From positions 83,220 through 147,219 of the forward strand of contig CAZGNC010000001.1 in assembly GCA_964527235.1 (NCBI GenBank): DNA of 64,000 nucleotides. The letters run 5' to 3'. The position numbers and the translations under genes were made by a program. The notes beneath the pieces are model-generated. The model saw only the letters and a list, made by a program, of their open reading frames with translations. It ran no database searches and had not been told where the DNA came from. This DNA comes from an uncultured Candidatus Saccharibacteria bacterium (GTDB lineage: Bacteria > Patescibacteriota > Minisyncoccia > Phycocordibacterales > UBA9973). Positions 36,593 to 47,541 of the stretch are shown here, piece after piece (position 1 is the stretch's first letter; the number at the start of each line of letters is the position of its first letter).

Positions 36593-37594
36593 CTAGTTTT
36601 CTTTAGGAGTATAAGACGCAGGGGCTACAGAGAGGAACTTTTCAAGACTTTCTCTACTGAGTAGCCCTTCTTGCGCTCCTACTTTCTGAACTACAGACAT
36701 TGAGTTTATTGGCCCCCATTTTAGTGCTTCAAGAGGGGATTTACCAAGCGCTATGGCTGAGGTCAAGGTAGAAGAAAATGCATCTCCTGCGCCAGTTCTT
36801 TCAACTGGGGGAGCTATATCTGGGTATATTGGTATGTGCCAAAGCTTGTTGTCTTCATACAGATATGCGCCATTAGGGCCGTCACTTATTGATACAATTT
36901 TAGGACCTAGGTTGCGGATCCCTTCAGAAAGAGTTCGAACATCCTTCGTGTCTATGCCCAGTATCCTCTGAGCTTCTTCTAGGTTACAGAAGAATATCTC
37001 AGTTCTTTGGTATATTTCTTTTAGTTTTTCTGTGCCGAGTTTCATCTGAAAAGTCCCTGGTTGGAATGCGAGCTTAACATCTCTATTTTCTCTAAGATAT
37101 TTGGCAATTTCTTTATGATATTCTAGAGAATTTTCCCCCAAAGAGCTTAGATATACCCAAGCCACCTTAGGCATACCAAGAAATGGCTTAGGGAATTTGT
37201 AAGAAAATTTTTCGTGTTTGATTAGGATGGTTCGATCTACATCATAAGACAAAACATAGTGGTAATTTGTTTTCTTACCTTTCTCTTTTGTGACGAATTT
37301 TGTTTCTATGCCATCATTTTTTAAACTTTTCAGGCATTCTTCACCATCTTTGTCGTCACCGATGTTGGTAATTAAAGCTGAGTGAAGTCCTAACCGTGAA
37401 GCAGAAACGGCGGCATTTGCACTATTGCCTACAGCGGGTAAAACTTTAACATCTTCATAAGGAACTTTATCACCGAAACGCAGACATAATTCACAAGAGT
37501 CTGTATCGATCTTGCAGTGCACATGTGCATCTTTTAACTTTATAAAAGCATCAACAACCACATCACCAATAGCTAAGAAATCAATTTTTTTCAT
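36593..37594 (-). CDS. PfkB-family carbohydrate kinase (ribokinase-like)
   Basis: C-terminal PfkB signature ERTGAGDAFSSTLTSAIALG. N-terminal LAIGDVVVDAF. Confidence 0.8.
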   Translation of the reverse strand: MKKIDFLAIGDVVVDAFIKLKDAHVHCKIDTDSCELCLRFGDKVPYEDVKVLPAVGNSANAAVSASRLGLHSALITNIGDDKDGEECLKSLKNDGIETKFVTKEKGKKTNYHYVLSYDVDRTILIKHEKFSYKFPKPFLGMPKVAWVYLSSLGENSLEYHKEIAKYLRENRDVKLAFQPGTFQMKLGTEKLKEIYQRTEIFFCNLEEAQRILGIDTKDVRTLSEGIRNLGPKIVSISDGPNGAYLYEDNKLWHIPIYPDIAPPVERTGAGDAFSSTLTSAIALGKSPLEALKWGPINSMSVVQKVGAQEGLLSRESLEKFLSVAPASYTPKEN

Positions 37595-37926
37595 CCTGTT
37601 AGAAGTTAAAATTAAATTATAATACCCAAACAATTCTCGTTATTGAAATTTGTAACGGGATTTATGTTAAAATTATATCATACAATATGAAATTTTTCTT
37701 AATTTTTGTTATTTTCTTGGTCTTGCTTGCAGTTTTGGTTTTTGTGTTGCGTAAAACCAAAAATCAGACAAAAATCGGCGACGATTTTGAGATTCTGGAG
37801 TAGTAATTTCGACAAGTTAGGGCACTGAACTTTTCGGTGTAATTTTTCGCGTAAAAAGTTATGCACAACTGTTGAAAAACCCTATATTGCAAAAGAAAAA
37901 TATGCTAAAATTAACTTGTTACACTA

Positions 37927-40900
37927 ATGAAATTAAGTAACAAAAAATTGAGCGGGAAAAAGGGTCCTAGAATGCTTTTCGGCGTTCAGGTTTTTTTCAT
38001 AACTTTTGCTCTAATTTTAAATTTATTTTTCACAAGTTTTGCTAACGCTACTGCTGGCGTTCCTCTAGTCATAAATTTTCAAGGACGATTGATGGATAAT
38101 GCGGGTGATCTTTTGGGTGGACCTTCTGGAACAGACTATTGTTATAAATTTTCTATTTATGACGCTACCACTGGAGGATCTAAAATTTGGCCGACAGGTT
38201 CTCCTTCGACTATGACCATCGTAACTCGTGAAGGAGTCTTCGATGCAAGTATCGGAGATACTGGTGCTGGAGGCGATGCGTTGGATTTAGCTTTCACTGA
38301 CGACCAGGCATATGTAAATGTTGAAGTTGCAGCTAAGGTGGGTGGCTCATGTACTACAGGTGGTGATGAAGTTTTCGAAACTCTATCACCTCGTCCGAGA
38401 ATTGTTTCTTCGGCTTTCGCTATAAATTCTAAAACTGTTGGAGGATTCACTCCAGCGCAATCCGCAACCAACAACCAGATTCCAGTTCTAACTTCTGGTT
38501 CACTTATACTTAGTCACGCAACTACTGCTGGTATAACCTCGTCAGGCGCAAACCCTCTTGCAGTAGATGCCGGTGCTTCTGGGGTATTAAATATTAACGG
38601 AACTTCAACAGGAGACATTCTAATCGGTGGAGGTTCTGGTTCTACTGGTTGTACGATTACTAACTCCTCTGGAGCATTTGCTTGTTCTGCTGGTATCTCG
38701 GGTACTACTGGCACTTTCTCAGGAGCCATCGCTGCTAACGGAGGCATCACATTCGACGCATCTACCGACACCATCGGAGCATTCACTGCAGCAGGGACGA
38801 TCGACATGAATGCAAACATCATTACCAACATCGGTAATGCTGGCACAGACTTCACAGCAACAGGAGGCTTAACATTAGACGACATACTCACAGTTAATGA
38901 CGACCTTACTGTTGCACTTTCAGGAAATGAGAACGTAGAGATTACTGATGGAGCTACTCCAACAACAGACATATTAAGCATCATAGCTGATGGAGCTTCA
39001 ATCACTAATGATGCTAACGCTTTAGAAATTGACTTTACCACAGGTGACGGAGCTAACGTAACTCAATCAGGATTACAGATTGATCTAGCTTCTGGAGGTA
39101 CTGCTTCTGGAGATACCATCTACGGTATCCATTTAACCATGGATGCAGCCGATGCTTCAACCCAAGACGCAATTTTCGTAAATGGTAACTTCGATACTAT
39201 CCTCGGTGGTACGACTGCTGGCACTTCAATATTCGACTTCACCAACTTCGATGTTACTTCTGCGGGAGCTATTTCTGGACTTAGTTTAGATCTTACAAGT
39301 GCAACACAAGCGACGATTAACCTAACTGATAGTGGTGACACATCTGGTCTTGGTATTATTAACTTTAAAGGAGGAGCTACTACAAGATTTCAAATACTTG
39401 GTAGAAACGATGTAACTACCGGCAATACTTTAACTTTCACCGATGGAACCAATGAACTTGTAAGAATTACCGACAATGGTCGTGTGGGTATCGGATCAAC
39501 TGACCCTGAAGACCTCCTCGAAGTTCAAGGAGCCGAAGCCACAGATTCAGTGTTAGTACTTGATGCTGACGATGGTGATGATGCTGCTGACACATGGTTT
39601 GTAAAATCTGTTGCTACAAGTAACTCTCTTTCAATACTAAATGATGTCACAGAAAGATTCGCTTTAACTTCTGCAGGGAATCTTCAGTTTGATGGAACAC
39701 TTACCTCAGGCTCCGGCAACACCGTCCTCACTCTCTCTACCGGTATGATTGATGCAGATGCACTTACTCTAACAACAGCCGCAGACGGAGGTACAGGTAC
39801 TTCTTCAGGCTCAGGACTTATTGTAAGAAGTGATGGTATAGGATTACTACAAGGTTGTACTGATGGACAAGTGCTGGCATGGGTAGAGTCTACTGATACT
39901 TGGGATTGTGCGACAGCGAGTGGAGGAGTATCTGACGGAGACAAGGGAGATGTAACAGTTTCGGGTTCTGGGGCAACCTGGACTGTGGACTATACTTCTT
40001 CTGATGGAGTAGGTGGCACCTCAACATCTGGGGGGCTCGAACAAGGCACAGGAGGCATAGGATTATTACAGGGTTGTGCTGATAATGAAATTTTGAAATG
40101 GAATGATGGCACTTCTGTCTGGGCGTGTGCTACTGACGCTACATCTGCTGGTGCTGGAGTTTCTACAATTCAAGAAGGAGATAGCACCATAGAAGGTTCA
40201 GCTTCGACTATAGATTTCTTAGCTGCTGATTTTACAGTTACAAGTTCTCCAGCCGGTGAAGCGAACATAGTAATTGATTACACAAACTCAGGAATAACTC
40301 GAAACAGCCAGAACGAAGCAATAACTGGTGACTGGGGCTTTACTTTAGGAGCGGGAGAGGCTATAGATTTTGTTGCTGGGGCTGCGCCAACTGTAGACAT
40401 GGTAGAAATTGGAAATACTGGTCAAGGGACCACTACTACTGGCGTTGATGGATTAGAAATAAATTTCGTAACAGCAGCGGTGGCTGGTTCAGTAGAGAAC
40501 TCTGCTTTAGAGATTATCCTTGATCCTTCAGGAGCCACAGAAGCAGGAGATCAAGTTAATGCTGTTGACATAGCCAACATAACCAATCCAACAGGGCTAA
40601 CTACAGGAGTGAGAGTTGGTAGTGGGTACGATGTCGGTATCGCTTTCAGGGATTCTGCTGGAGATTATGTAGGATTTAAAGCTCCTGCAGATGTAACAAC
40701 AACTACGACTTGGACACTACCAGCTGCGGATGCTGCGGGATGTTTTAAATCTGATGGCTCTGGAAACATGTCTATAAGTTCTTGCGGTGATACTAAGGTT
40801 CAGGTCTATGATTCCAACACTACTTATACAGTTCCCGCTGATGCTCAGATGATAATAATTGAAGCTATCGGTGGAGGAGGATCTGGAGGTGGTGGTGCGC

Positions 40901-43740
40901 TTGGCAACATTGCTCAGGTTGCGGGTGGAGGAGGTGGAGGAGGTGGAGCTTACTACCTTGGAACTTTCGCAGTGAGTGATCTAGGAGGAGCAAACTCAGT
41001 GCTCCAGATTACAAGAGGTGCAGGAGGATCTTCTCCTAACTTAACAGTTGATGGTAACTCAGGAGGAGCGAGCTGTGTTTCTACATCTTCTTCTTGTGGA
41101 GGTACTGTTTATCATCGAGCTTACGGCGGTGGCGGTGGATCGGCTTCAGCTAACAACACTGCAAACGGTGGCGGTGGAGGTGGTGGAGGAGGAGGTGCTA
41201 CAAGTGCTGGTAACAATGCTGCTGCGGCGAACCGTGTCGGAGGTACAGGAGGTCTGCCGGGTCCTGCTGCTGTGGGTATTGCCTCCGATGGACTTGGAGG
41301 AGGAGGAGGAGCGACTGGAGCCGGAACTGGTGCCGATGGAGGTAACTCAGGCTGGGGAGGTGCAGGAGGAGGAGCGTCATCTACAAACGGTGCTGCGACA
41401 ACTGGACGTGGAGGTAACTCAGCGCGTGGAGGTGCGGGTGGCGGAGGTGGTGCTTCCTGTACGATTTCACCTTGTACTACTGCACGTGTCGGGCAGATTG
41501 GAGGATCTGGCGGAAATGGACAATTTGCTGGAGGTGCTGGAGGTACTGCTCCTGGAGGAGATGGATCAGCGGGAACAAATGCCGCTGCGAATAGTGCATT
41601 TGGAGGAGGTGGAGGAGGTGGAGGAGGTTCTAACCAGGCAGCTTCTGGTGTCCCAGGAGATGGAGGTGCAGGAGGTGTTCCTGGCGGAGGAGGTGGAGGA
41701 GGTGGAACAGCGATTAACAACACTGCCTGTGCTGCCAATTGTCAGGGTACAGGAGGAGCCGGAGGTAATGGGCGCGTGAGAATCACTACTCTACGTGGAG
41801 CCGGAGCAGACTTGGCTGAAATGTATGCCACAAATGACGACGAACTTAAGGCGGGTGATGTTGTTGCGTTAGATCCAGAACTTAAGGCGGGTGTTAAAAA
41901 GACAACTAGGGCTTATGATCCAAACGTGATTGGTGTTATTTCCACGGATCCAGGAATTACTATAGGTAACATTGACCAAGATCCTACCGCTCGTCCAGTG
42001 TTGCTTGCCCTAGCGGGTCGTGTGCCGGTGAAAGTAAGTATGGAAAACGGACCTATTAATCCGGGAGATTTATTGACACCTTCTTCTGTGCCTGGAGTTG
42101 CGATGAAGTCTACTAAAGCAGGAATTATTATAGGGCAAGCTCTTACCAAATTTGATCAATCGATAGTAGACCTAGGTGACGCACCACACCCCACAGGATA
42201 TTTGATGATGTTTATAAAAAATAGCTATGCTAATGGAAGTACATTAGCTCAAGTAATACCAGGCCTAGAGTTATCTGACGGTCCGCCAATTGCCACAGAA
42301 GAAGATAATAATATTCCAAGTGAAAATGATGCTGGTGTTGCAAACAGCGAAGCCGATACTGATCCACCAGAATCAGAAGAGGGTTCTACAGAGCTTCCAA
42401 TACCAGAAGTGACTGCGAAAAATGATGTTGGAATTTTTGCTCTTAAATATTTCATGGATAAAAAGGGCGAACTAAGCGAGTCTGTAAGCTTCTCTGAAGT
42501 TATGGCAGACAGAGTTAGTGCTGGACTTGAAGTTATTACTCCTACTCTAACTGCAGACACTGTTCGAACTAACACGATAACCACTTCAACGGGTAAAGAT
42601 ATAAATTTGGTTTTGGGCCCAGATGGTAAGTTTGTAATTGGAGGATCTTCTGAGGTCACTACTAATGAAGACGGCTCAACTTCGACCATAGAGACAGAAC
42701 CACCGGTGATCACCTTTGACTCTCTAGGTAATGCTATATTTGCAGGCAAAATTACCGCTAATGAAATTTCTATAAATTCTGTAGAGGGGATTCAGTCGAT
42801 AATCGCGCAGTTGTCTCAATTAAGCCAAGGTCAAGCTGGACTCACATTAACTGCGTCTGCTCTCGATGCGCTTACTTTAGCCTTAGAAGAGAGTAAGAAT
42901 AAAATTCTTGGTTTAGAGACCACAACCACAGACCTAGCGACTCGACTTGGAGTTATTGAAGTAATGTTGAATGCAAATGCTTTCGATGCACTGACCTCTC
43001 TCACTACTGGCAACTTAGCAGTGTCGGGAGACAGTACTTACACAGGGCAAGCACAATTTGACGGACTTTCATTCTTCAATAACGAAGCGAAGTTTAGTGG
43101 CTTGGTAACTTTTGATCAAGAAGTTGAATTTAAAGCCCCACCATTGTTTAATAAAGATACTGCTGGGTTCGCTCTTATTCATGAGGGAGACAGGAGAGTT
43201 AGCGTGACTTTTGACAAACCTTATGTTATGACTCCTATAGTGAATGTTAGTATGTCGTTTGAGACTACAGACAACATAGATGATGTCTCTGCGATGTCGC
43301 TCTTTGACTCAGATATACGTTTTGTTACTTTAGACAAAAGTAATACAGGGTTCACCATACTTTTGAATCAAAATGCACCTATGAATATTAGGTTTTCGTG
43401 GATAGCATTAGGGGTACGTGATCCTAAGATTATAGAGAGTATTGCTGAAGGTTTAGTTATTAATCCTCCCGAGACAAACGATGACACTATCCCAATTCCA
43501 ATACCTGTACCCAACAATAACCCTGCACCAAGTCCCGAAGTTGTACCATTAGAGAATCCTTCTGGTGGTGTGGAGATACCTCCTACCGGAGACACAACAG
43601 GAGGCGTGATTGAAGACTCTACTTCTACGGAGGAGATTGTACCCGAGCCTGAGCCTGAAGTTGAAGATTCAAGTGAGCCTCCCGCGCCAGAGTCGTCTGC
43701 GGACTCGAGTAGTCCTGATGGTGGAAGCACTGCACCATAG
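37927..43740 (+). CDS. 1937-aa giant Gly/Thr-rich fibrous cell-surface protein (tail-fibre-like adhesin architecture)
   Basis: N-terminal TM/signal. Gly/Thr-rich repeats. Duplicated GLLQGCTDGQVLAWVESTDTWDCAT / GLLQGCADNEILKWNDGTSVWACAT motifs. Poly-Gly tracts. A coiled-coil segment. Pro-rich C-terminus. Confidence 0.6.
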   Translation: MKLSNKKLSGKKGPRMLFGVQVFFITFALILNLFFTSFANATAGVPLVINFQGRLMDNAGDLLGGPSGTDYCYKFSIYDATTGGSKIWPTGSPSTMTIVTREGVFDASIGDTGAGGDALDLAFTDDQAYVNVEVAAKVGGSCTTGGDEVFETLSPRPRIVSSAFAINSKTVGGFTPAQSATNNQIPVLTSGSLILSHATTAGITSSGANPLAVDAGASGVLNINGTSTGDILIGGGSGSTGCTITNSSGAFACSAGISGTTGTFSGAIAANGGITFDASTDTIGAFTAAGTIDMNANIITNIGNAGTDFTATGGLTLDDILTVNDDLTVALSGNENVEITDGATPTTDILSIIADGASITNDANALEIDFTTGDGANVTQSGLQIDLASGGTASGDTIYGIHLTMDAADASTQDAIFVNGNFDTILGGTTAGTSIFDFTNFDVTSAGAISGLSLDLTSATQATINLTDSGDTSGLGIINFKGGATTRFQILGRNDVTTGNTLTFTDGTNELVRITDNGRVGIGSTDPEDLLEVQGAEATDSVLVLDADDGDDAADTWFVKSVATSNSLSILNDVTERFALTSAGNLQFDGTLTSGSGNTVLTLSTGMIDADALTLTTAADGGTGTSSGSGLIVRSDGIGLLQGCTDGQVLAWVESTDTWDCATASGGVSDGDKGDVTVSGSGATWTVDYTSSDGVGGTSTSGGLEQGTGGIGLLQGCADNEILKWNDGTSVWACATDATSAGAGVSTIQEGDSTIEGSASTIDFLAADFTVTSSPAGEANIVIDYTNSGITRNSQNEAITGDWGFTLGAGEAIDFVAGAAPTVDMVEIGNTGQGTTTTGVDGLEINFVTAAVAGSVENSALEIILDPSGATEAGDQVNAVDIANITNPTGLTTGVRVGSGYDVGIAFRDSAGDYVGFKAPADVTTTTTWTLPAADAAGCFKSDGSGNMSISSCGDTKVQVYDSNTTYTVPADAQMIIIEAIGGGGSGGGGALGNIAQVAGGGGGGGGAYYLGTFAVSDLGGANSVLQITRGAGGSSPNLTVDGNSGGASCVSTSSSCGGTVYHRAYGGGGGSASANNTANGGGGGGGGGGATSAGNNAAAANRVGGTGGLPGPAAVGIASDGLGGGGGATGAGTGADGGNSGWGGAGGGASSTNGAATTGRGGNSARGGAGGGGGASCTISPCTTARVGQIGGSGGNGQFAGGAGGTAPGGDGSAGTNAAANSAFGGGGGGGGGSNQAASGVPGDGGAGGVPGGGGGGGGTAINNTACAANCQGTGGAGGNGRVRITTLRGAGADLAEMYATNDDELKAGDVVALDPELKAGVKKTTRAYDPNVIGVISTDPGITIGNIDQDPTARPVLLALAGRVPVKVSMENGPINPGDLLTPSSVPGVAMKSTKAGIIIGQALTKFDQSIVDLGDAPHPTGYLMMFIKNSYANGSTLAQVIPGLELSDGPPIATEEDNNIPSENDAGVANSEADTDPPESEEGSTELPIPEVTAKNDVGIFALKYFMDKKGELSESVSFSEVMADRVSAGLEVITPTLTADTVRTNTITTSTGKDINLVLGPDGKFVIGGSSEVTTNEDGSTSTIETEPPVITFDSLGNAIFAGKITANEISINSVEGIQSIIAQLSQLSQGQAGLTLTASALDALTLALEESKNKILGLETTTTDLATRLGVIEVMLNANAFDALTSLTTGNLAVSGDSTYTGQAQFDGLSFFNNEAKFSGLVTFDQEVEFKAPPLFNKDTAGFALIHEGDRRVSVTFDKPYVMTPIVNVSMSFETTDNIDDVSAMSLFDSDIRFVTLDKSNTGFTILLNQNAPMNIRFSWIALGVRDPKIIESIAEGLVINPPETNDDTIPIPIPVPNNNPAPSPEVVPLENPSGGVEIPPTGDTTGGVIEDSTSTEEIVPEPEPEVEDSSEPPAPESSADSSSPDGGSTAP

Positions 43741-43757
43741 TTGTTAATTAAAATAAT

Positions 43758-44753
43758 ATGGAAGTTACAAAAAATAAAAAAAATAATATTAAATCAGCCA
43801 CTCTGTGTATTATTGTTTTTTTTGTTGGTTTTTTTGTGCATAATTTCTTTCCAAGAGATCATCACTTAGAATGTGAACCCGATAAGTTTAGGTATATCAA
43901 TATTGACTTTGTCTGCAGTAAAAAACCAGTAGTAGAAAAGTATGCATATGCAGCTCTTAAAGGAGAGCTTATGGGCATGATCCAGCAGTCGAAAGAAGAA
44001 AATAAAATTACTTCAGCTTCTATCTACTTTAGAGATTTGCAAGGGGGCCCCACTATGGGAATCGAAGAATATGTTAAGTTTTCACCAGCTAGCTTATTGA
44101 AATTGTCAATGTTGTTGACGTATCTATCTTTAGCTGAAGCAAATCCCCAAATTCTAGAAAGGCAGTTTTCCTTCTCGCGTTTCGAGGAGGAGTGGAAGCA
44201 GTACTATCCAGCTCAGCAACAAATTCAAGAAAATATATCATATAGCATCAACGACATGCTGAATTTTATGATACGTTTTTCTGATAATCGTTCTTATTAT
44301 GCACTGTTGGATTATTTAACTGAATTGAGTCCCAATGAGAGTATTTTACAGAAAACTTTCTTTGACTTAGGAATTGTTGACCCAAAAGATTTTATAGATC
44401 AAACTATCTCCGTGAAGGCCTACGCTTCTATATTTGTGGGTCTATATAATAATGCATTTTTTAGTGAAAAGGAGACTTCAGAAAAGGCTCTCGAAATACT
44501 TGTACGCACAGATTTTAACGAAGGCCTAGTGAAAGGCTTGCCTCCAGGTATGGTGGTGGCGCATAAATTTGGTGAAAGAGATGGGCTTCCAGGAGGGATT
44601 AAGCAGCTGCATGATTGTGGCATTGTTTATTTCCCTGAGAATCCATATCTGTTGTGTGTGATGACGAGAGGTAAAGATTTTCAAAAACTATCAGATACTA
44701 TAGGTATTATTTCTGCGATGGTGTATAAAGAATTTAACGATAGAAGTATCTGA
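43758..44753 (+). CDS. Class-A beta-lactamase-like serine hydrolase (PBP fold) with N-terminal TM anchor
   Basis: S-x-x-K (PASLLK), SDN (FSDNRSY) and KTG-equivalent (HKFGE) motifs in canonical order. Confidence 0.6.
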   Translation: MEVTKNKKNNIKSATLCIIVFFVGFFVHNFFPRDHHLECEPDKFRYINIDFVCSKKPVVEKYAYAALKGELMGMIQQSKEENKITSASIYFRDLQGGPTMGIEEYVKFSPASLLKLSMLLTYLSLAEANPQILERQFSFSRFEEEWKQYYPAQQQIQENISYSINDMLNFMIRFSDNRSYYALLDYLTELSPNESILQKTFFDLGIVDPKDFIDQTISVKAYASIFVGLYNNAFFSEKETSEKALEILVRTDFNEGLVKGLPPGMVVAHKFGERDGLPGGIKQLHDCGIVYFPENPYLLCVMTRGKDFQKLSDTIGIISAMVYKEFNDRSI

Positions 44754-44756
44754 TTT

Positions 44757-46799
44757 ATGATTAAAGACAAAATAGTGTGGCAGAAAATTTCTAAATATGT
44801 TGTTTTCTTTGTACTGCTTTCATTTCTAGGTTTATTAATTACCTATAAAATACCCCTCCCAGCGGCGGAAGATTTACCTCGCCAGATGGCCAATGGGCGA
44901 GATATTTTACAGGGGAATTTTGAAGTTCTAACTAACAACTTTTATTCTTATACTGAGCCTAGTCACTATTTTGCCAATCACCATTGGCTTTATGGAGTAT
45001 TTGCGTATTTACTTCACGGGGCTGTTGGGTGGAGTGGAATGGTGATATTTAAGATCCTATTCATTTTTGCGACCTTTACACTATTGTTTTTAACGGCCTT
45101 AAGGAAAGCGGACTTTTGGTTGGTTTCACTATTTTCTGTGCCTACTATAATCATGATAGCAGGTAGATCTGGGTTGCGTCCTGAGTTGTTTGGGTATTTT
45201 TTTGTTGTTGTTTACATTTATTTTTTGCTTAGATTTGAAGAGAACCCAAAAAGCAACAAAATTTTCTGGTTGATTCCAGCTCAGATATTGTGGGCGAATC
45301 TACATATAACTTTCCCTATCGGAGTCATGATAACTGGCGCCTTTCTATTGGAAAAAATTATTATTCGACAAACAGCTTGGTCCTGGAAAAGGCTTAGCTT
45401 AGAGGGGTTAAGGCAAATTTACAATGATGTAATTGTGAAAAAGCTCGTGGCCCTAGTTGTTTTCCTGGCTATTGCGAGCTTCGTCAATCCGCTTGGAATA
45501 GGCGGTGTAATTTATTCCCTAACGGCCAATGTGGGAGCTGATTCTCTCGTGAAAAGCTCCGAAGTGCAAAATATATTCTCTACTATTGATGATATTCCTA
45601 AATGGGCTAGTACTCCTGTAGCTCTTGTTATTCCTATTATTATAGTAACTCTAGCCAGCTTTGTTGTCGGTTTTAAAAAGAAAAATATATTCTTCTTTTT
45701 AATGTACTTAGGTGTATCTGTGTTGGCGTATGTGATGTTAAGGGGAGCTCCATTTTTGGGAATTGTATTTCTACTTGCTGCTTCTGCTAATTTTAACGAT
45801 GTCTTTATTAAAGGTAAGTATTGGGTGATGGAGAGAATAAAAGTAAATAGAGAATATGGGGAAATTATCCTAAATGCAGTATTAGTTCTTTCTGTTGTAT
45901 TGTTTGTTTGGGTAAATCATGTTGATTTTTTATTTGGTCGTGAGTTGGGAGTAGGGCTCGAGAGGAACTCAGAAGATTCTGCTAGGTTTTTCATTGATAA
46001 CAATCTCAAAGGTCCAGTTTTTAATGATACGGACATAGGTAGTTATCTATCTTTTTATTTATATCCTAAAGAAAGAATATACACAGATAATAGATTTGGT
46101 GATGCATATTCGGATAATTTTTTCAGAAATAGTTACGTGAATGCAGTTACAAGTGAAGCTGATTGGCAAGAAGTTTCTGCAAAATATAAATTCAATGTTA
46201 TTTTTATGTATCAGTACGACCAAGGATACAATATGCGGGACTTTCTTTTCAGAAGAATACGAGACAAGAATTGGGTCTTTGTATATGCGGACAGATTTAG
46301 TGTGATTTTAGTTAGGAATATACCAGAGAATAAGGATGTCATAGAAAAATACGCAATCAATATAGATAATATCGATAAAAGATTAGCTCATATGTCTGAG
46401 CATTATGATGGTTATAACCAAGTTGCTGTGGCGGACATCTACGCTCTTATGGGTGAGCCTGCTTGGGCTATGGCTAACTATGCTGTGGCAGTAGCCGAAA
46501 ACCCAAGATGGGCCAAGATATGGTTTACCATGGGAAAGATGGAATTGCAGAGAGCTGATTGGGTTGGTTCTAATCCTGCCTTGGCGTTGATGTATTTACA
46601 CCAAGCCATAGATAGGGGATGGAAGACTACGAATTCTTATAGTTTTTTGGCTCTAGCGTATTATAGGCTCGGGCAGCTCGATAAGGTTGAAGAAGCTGTA
46701 AAGGAAGAATTAAAGATAAATCCAAAAAGTGAAGACGCCCAGGCGTGGTTGAAAACAATTGCACGTGAAAAAGCTAAAAGACAAGAAAATGCAAAATAA
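44757..46799 (+). CDS. Polytopic membrane protein with C-terminal TPR repeats (PMT/ArnT/DUF2723-type glycosyltransferase architecture)
   Basis: More than 10 TM helices, then TPR-like repeats (ANYAVAVAENPRWAKIWFTMGKMELQ...). Confidence 0.4.
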   Translation: MIKDKIVWQKISKYVVFFVLLSFLGLLITYKIPLPAAEDLPRQMANGRDILQGNFEVLTNNFYSYTEPSHYFANHHWLYGVFAYLLHGAVGWSGMVIFKILFIFATFTLLFLTALRKADFWLVSLFSVPTIIMIAGRSGLRPELFGYFFVVVYIYFLLRFEENPKSNKIFWLIPAQILWANLHITFPIGVMITGAFLLEKIIIRQTAWSWKRLSLEGLRQIYNDVIVKKLVALVVFLAIASFVNPLGIGGVIYSLTANVGADSLVKSSEVQNIFSTIDDIPKWASTPVALVIPIIIVTLASFVVGFKKKNIFFFLMYLGVSVLAYVMLRGAPFLGIVFLLAASANFNDVFIKGKYWVMERIKVNREYGEIILNAVLVLSVVLFVWVNHVDFLFGRELGVGLERNSEDSARFFIDNNLKGPVFNDTDIGSYLSFYLYPKERIYTDNRFGDAYSDNFFRNSYVNAVTSEADWQEVSAKYKFNVIFMYQYDQGYNMRDFLFRRIRDKNWVFVYADRFSVILVRNIPENKDVIEKYAINIDNIDKRLAHMSEHYDGYNQVAVADIYALMGEPAWAMANYAVAVAENPRWAKIWFTMGKMELQRADWVGSNPALALMYLHQAIDRGWKTTNSYSFLALAYYRLGQLDKVEEAVKEELKINPKSEDAQAWLKTIAREKAKRQENAK

Positions 46800-47535
46800 T
46801 TTCAATAATAAAAAAGTTGTTGGTGTAATTTTAGCTTATAAACATGCTAGCTTTTTAAGAGACTTGTATCAGAAAATTCCTTTTGGAGTGGTGGATAGTG
46901 TTTTTATAACCAATGATGATTCTGGAGATGGGATAGAAGAGATTGCTCGAGAATTACAAATACCATGTTTTAGTCATGCACGACTTGGCTATGGTGGCAA
47001 CATGAAGTATGGTATGCAGAAAGCCCTAGAGATGGGTGCGGATTATGTTGTGGAGATTCATGGAGATGGGCAGTATGACCTTGCTTTTGTCGAACTTGCA
47101 ATAAAGAAAATGGAGGAGGAGAGGCTTGATTTAGTTTTAGGTAGTAGGTTTTTGAACTCGAAGCAGGCTTTGTGCGATGAAATGCCTATTGAGAAATATA
47201 TAGCCAATGTTGGTTTGTCTTTGATAGAGAGATTGGTTCTTGGGGTTGGGATTACTGAATTTCATACAGGGGCTAGGGTCTATAGTAGAAAAGCTATTGA
47301 AAGCGTTGATTTATCAAGAACTTCCAATAATTTTCTTTTTGGGTTTGAGATAATAGCGCAGATTATTTATCATAATTTGAAAATTGGCGAAGTGCCAGTT
47401 AGGTGTTATTATGCGAAAGAGCATACTACAATTGGCTTTAAAGATAGCGTTGTATATGCATTATTGAATATGAAGGTCTTATTACTTTATGTTTGGGCTA
47501 GGCTTGGTTTTAATACTAGGTTATTTCATAAATAA
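46789..47535 (+). CDS. Glycosyltransferase family 2 (dolichol/polyprenol-phosphate sugar transferase-like)
   Basis: VGVILAYKHASFLRDL...TNDDSGDG...EIHGDGQYD. Confidence 0.7.
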   Translation: MQNNFNNKKVVGVILAYKHASFLRDLYQKIPFGVVDSVFITNDDSGDGIEEIARELQIPCFSHARLGYGGNMKYGMQKALEMGADYVVEIHGDGQYDLAFVELAIKKMEEERLDLVLGSRFLNSKQALCDEMPIEKYIANVGLSLIERLVLGVGITEFHTGARVYSRKAIESVDLSRTSNNFLFGFEIIAQIIYHNLKIGEVPVRCYYAKEHTTIGFKDSVVYALLNMKVLLLYVWARLGFNTRLFHK

Positions 47536-47541
47536 TTTTTA

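Noticed and set aside
41121-41738. Minus-strand 205-aa poly-proline ORF
   Set aside because: It is the reverse complement of the GGN codon tract of the giant Gly-rich protein, so it is an artefact of repeat composition.
40860-41760. Short tandem repeats (ggtggaggaggtgga...) checked as a possible CRISPR array
   Set aside because: They are in-frame GGN codon repeats inside a CDS, with no unique spacers or regular 25-40-bp repeat units. No CRISPR array or cas genes are present in the window.
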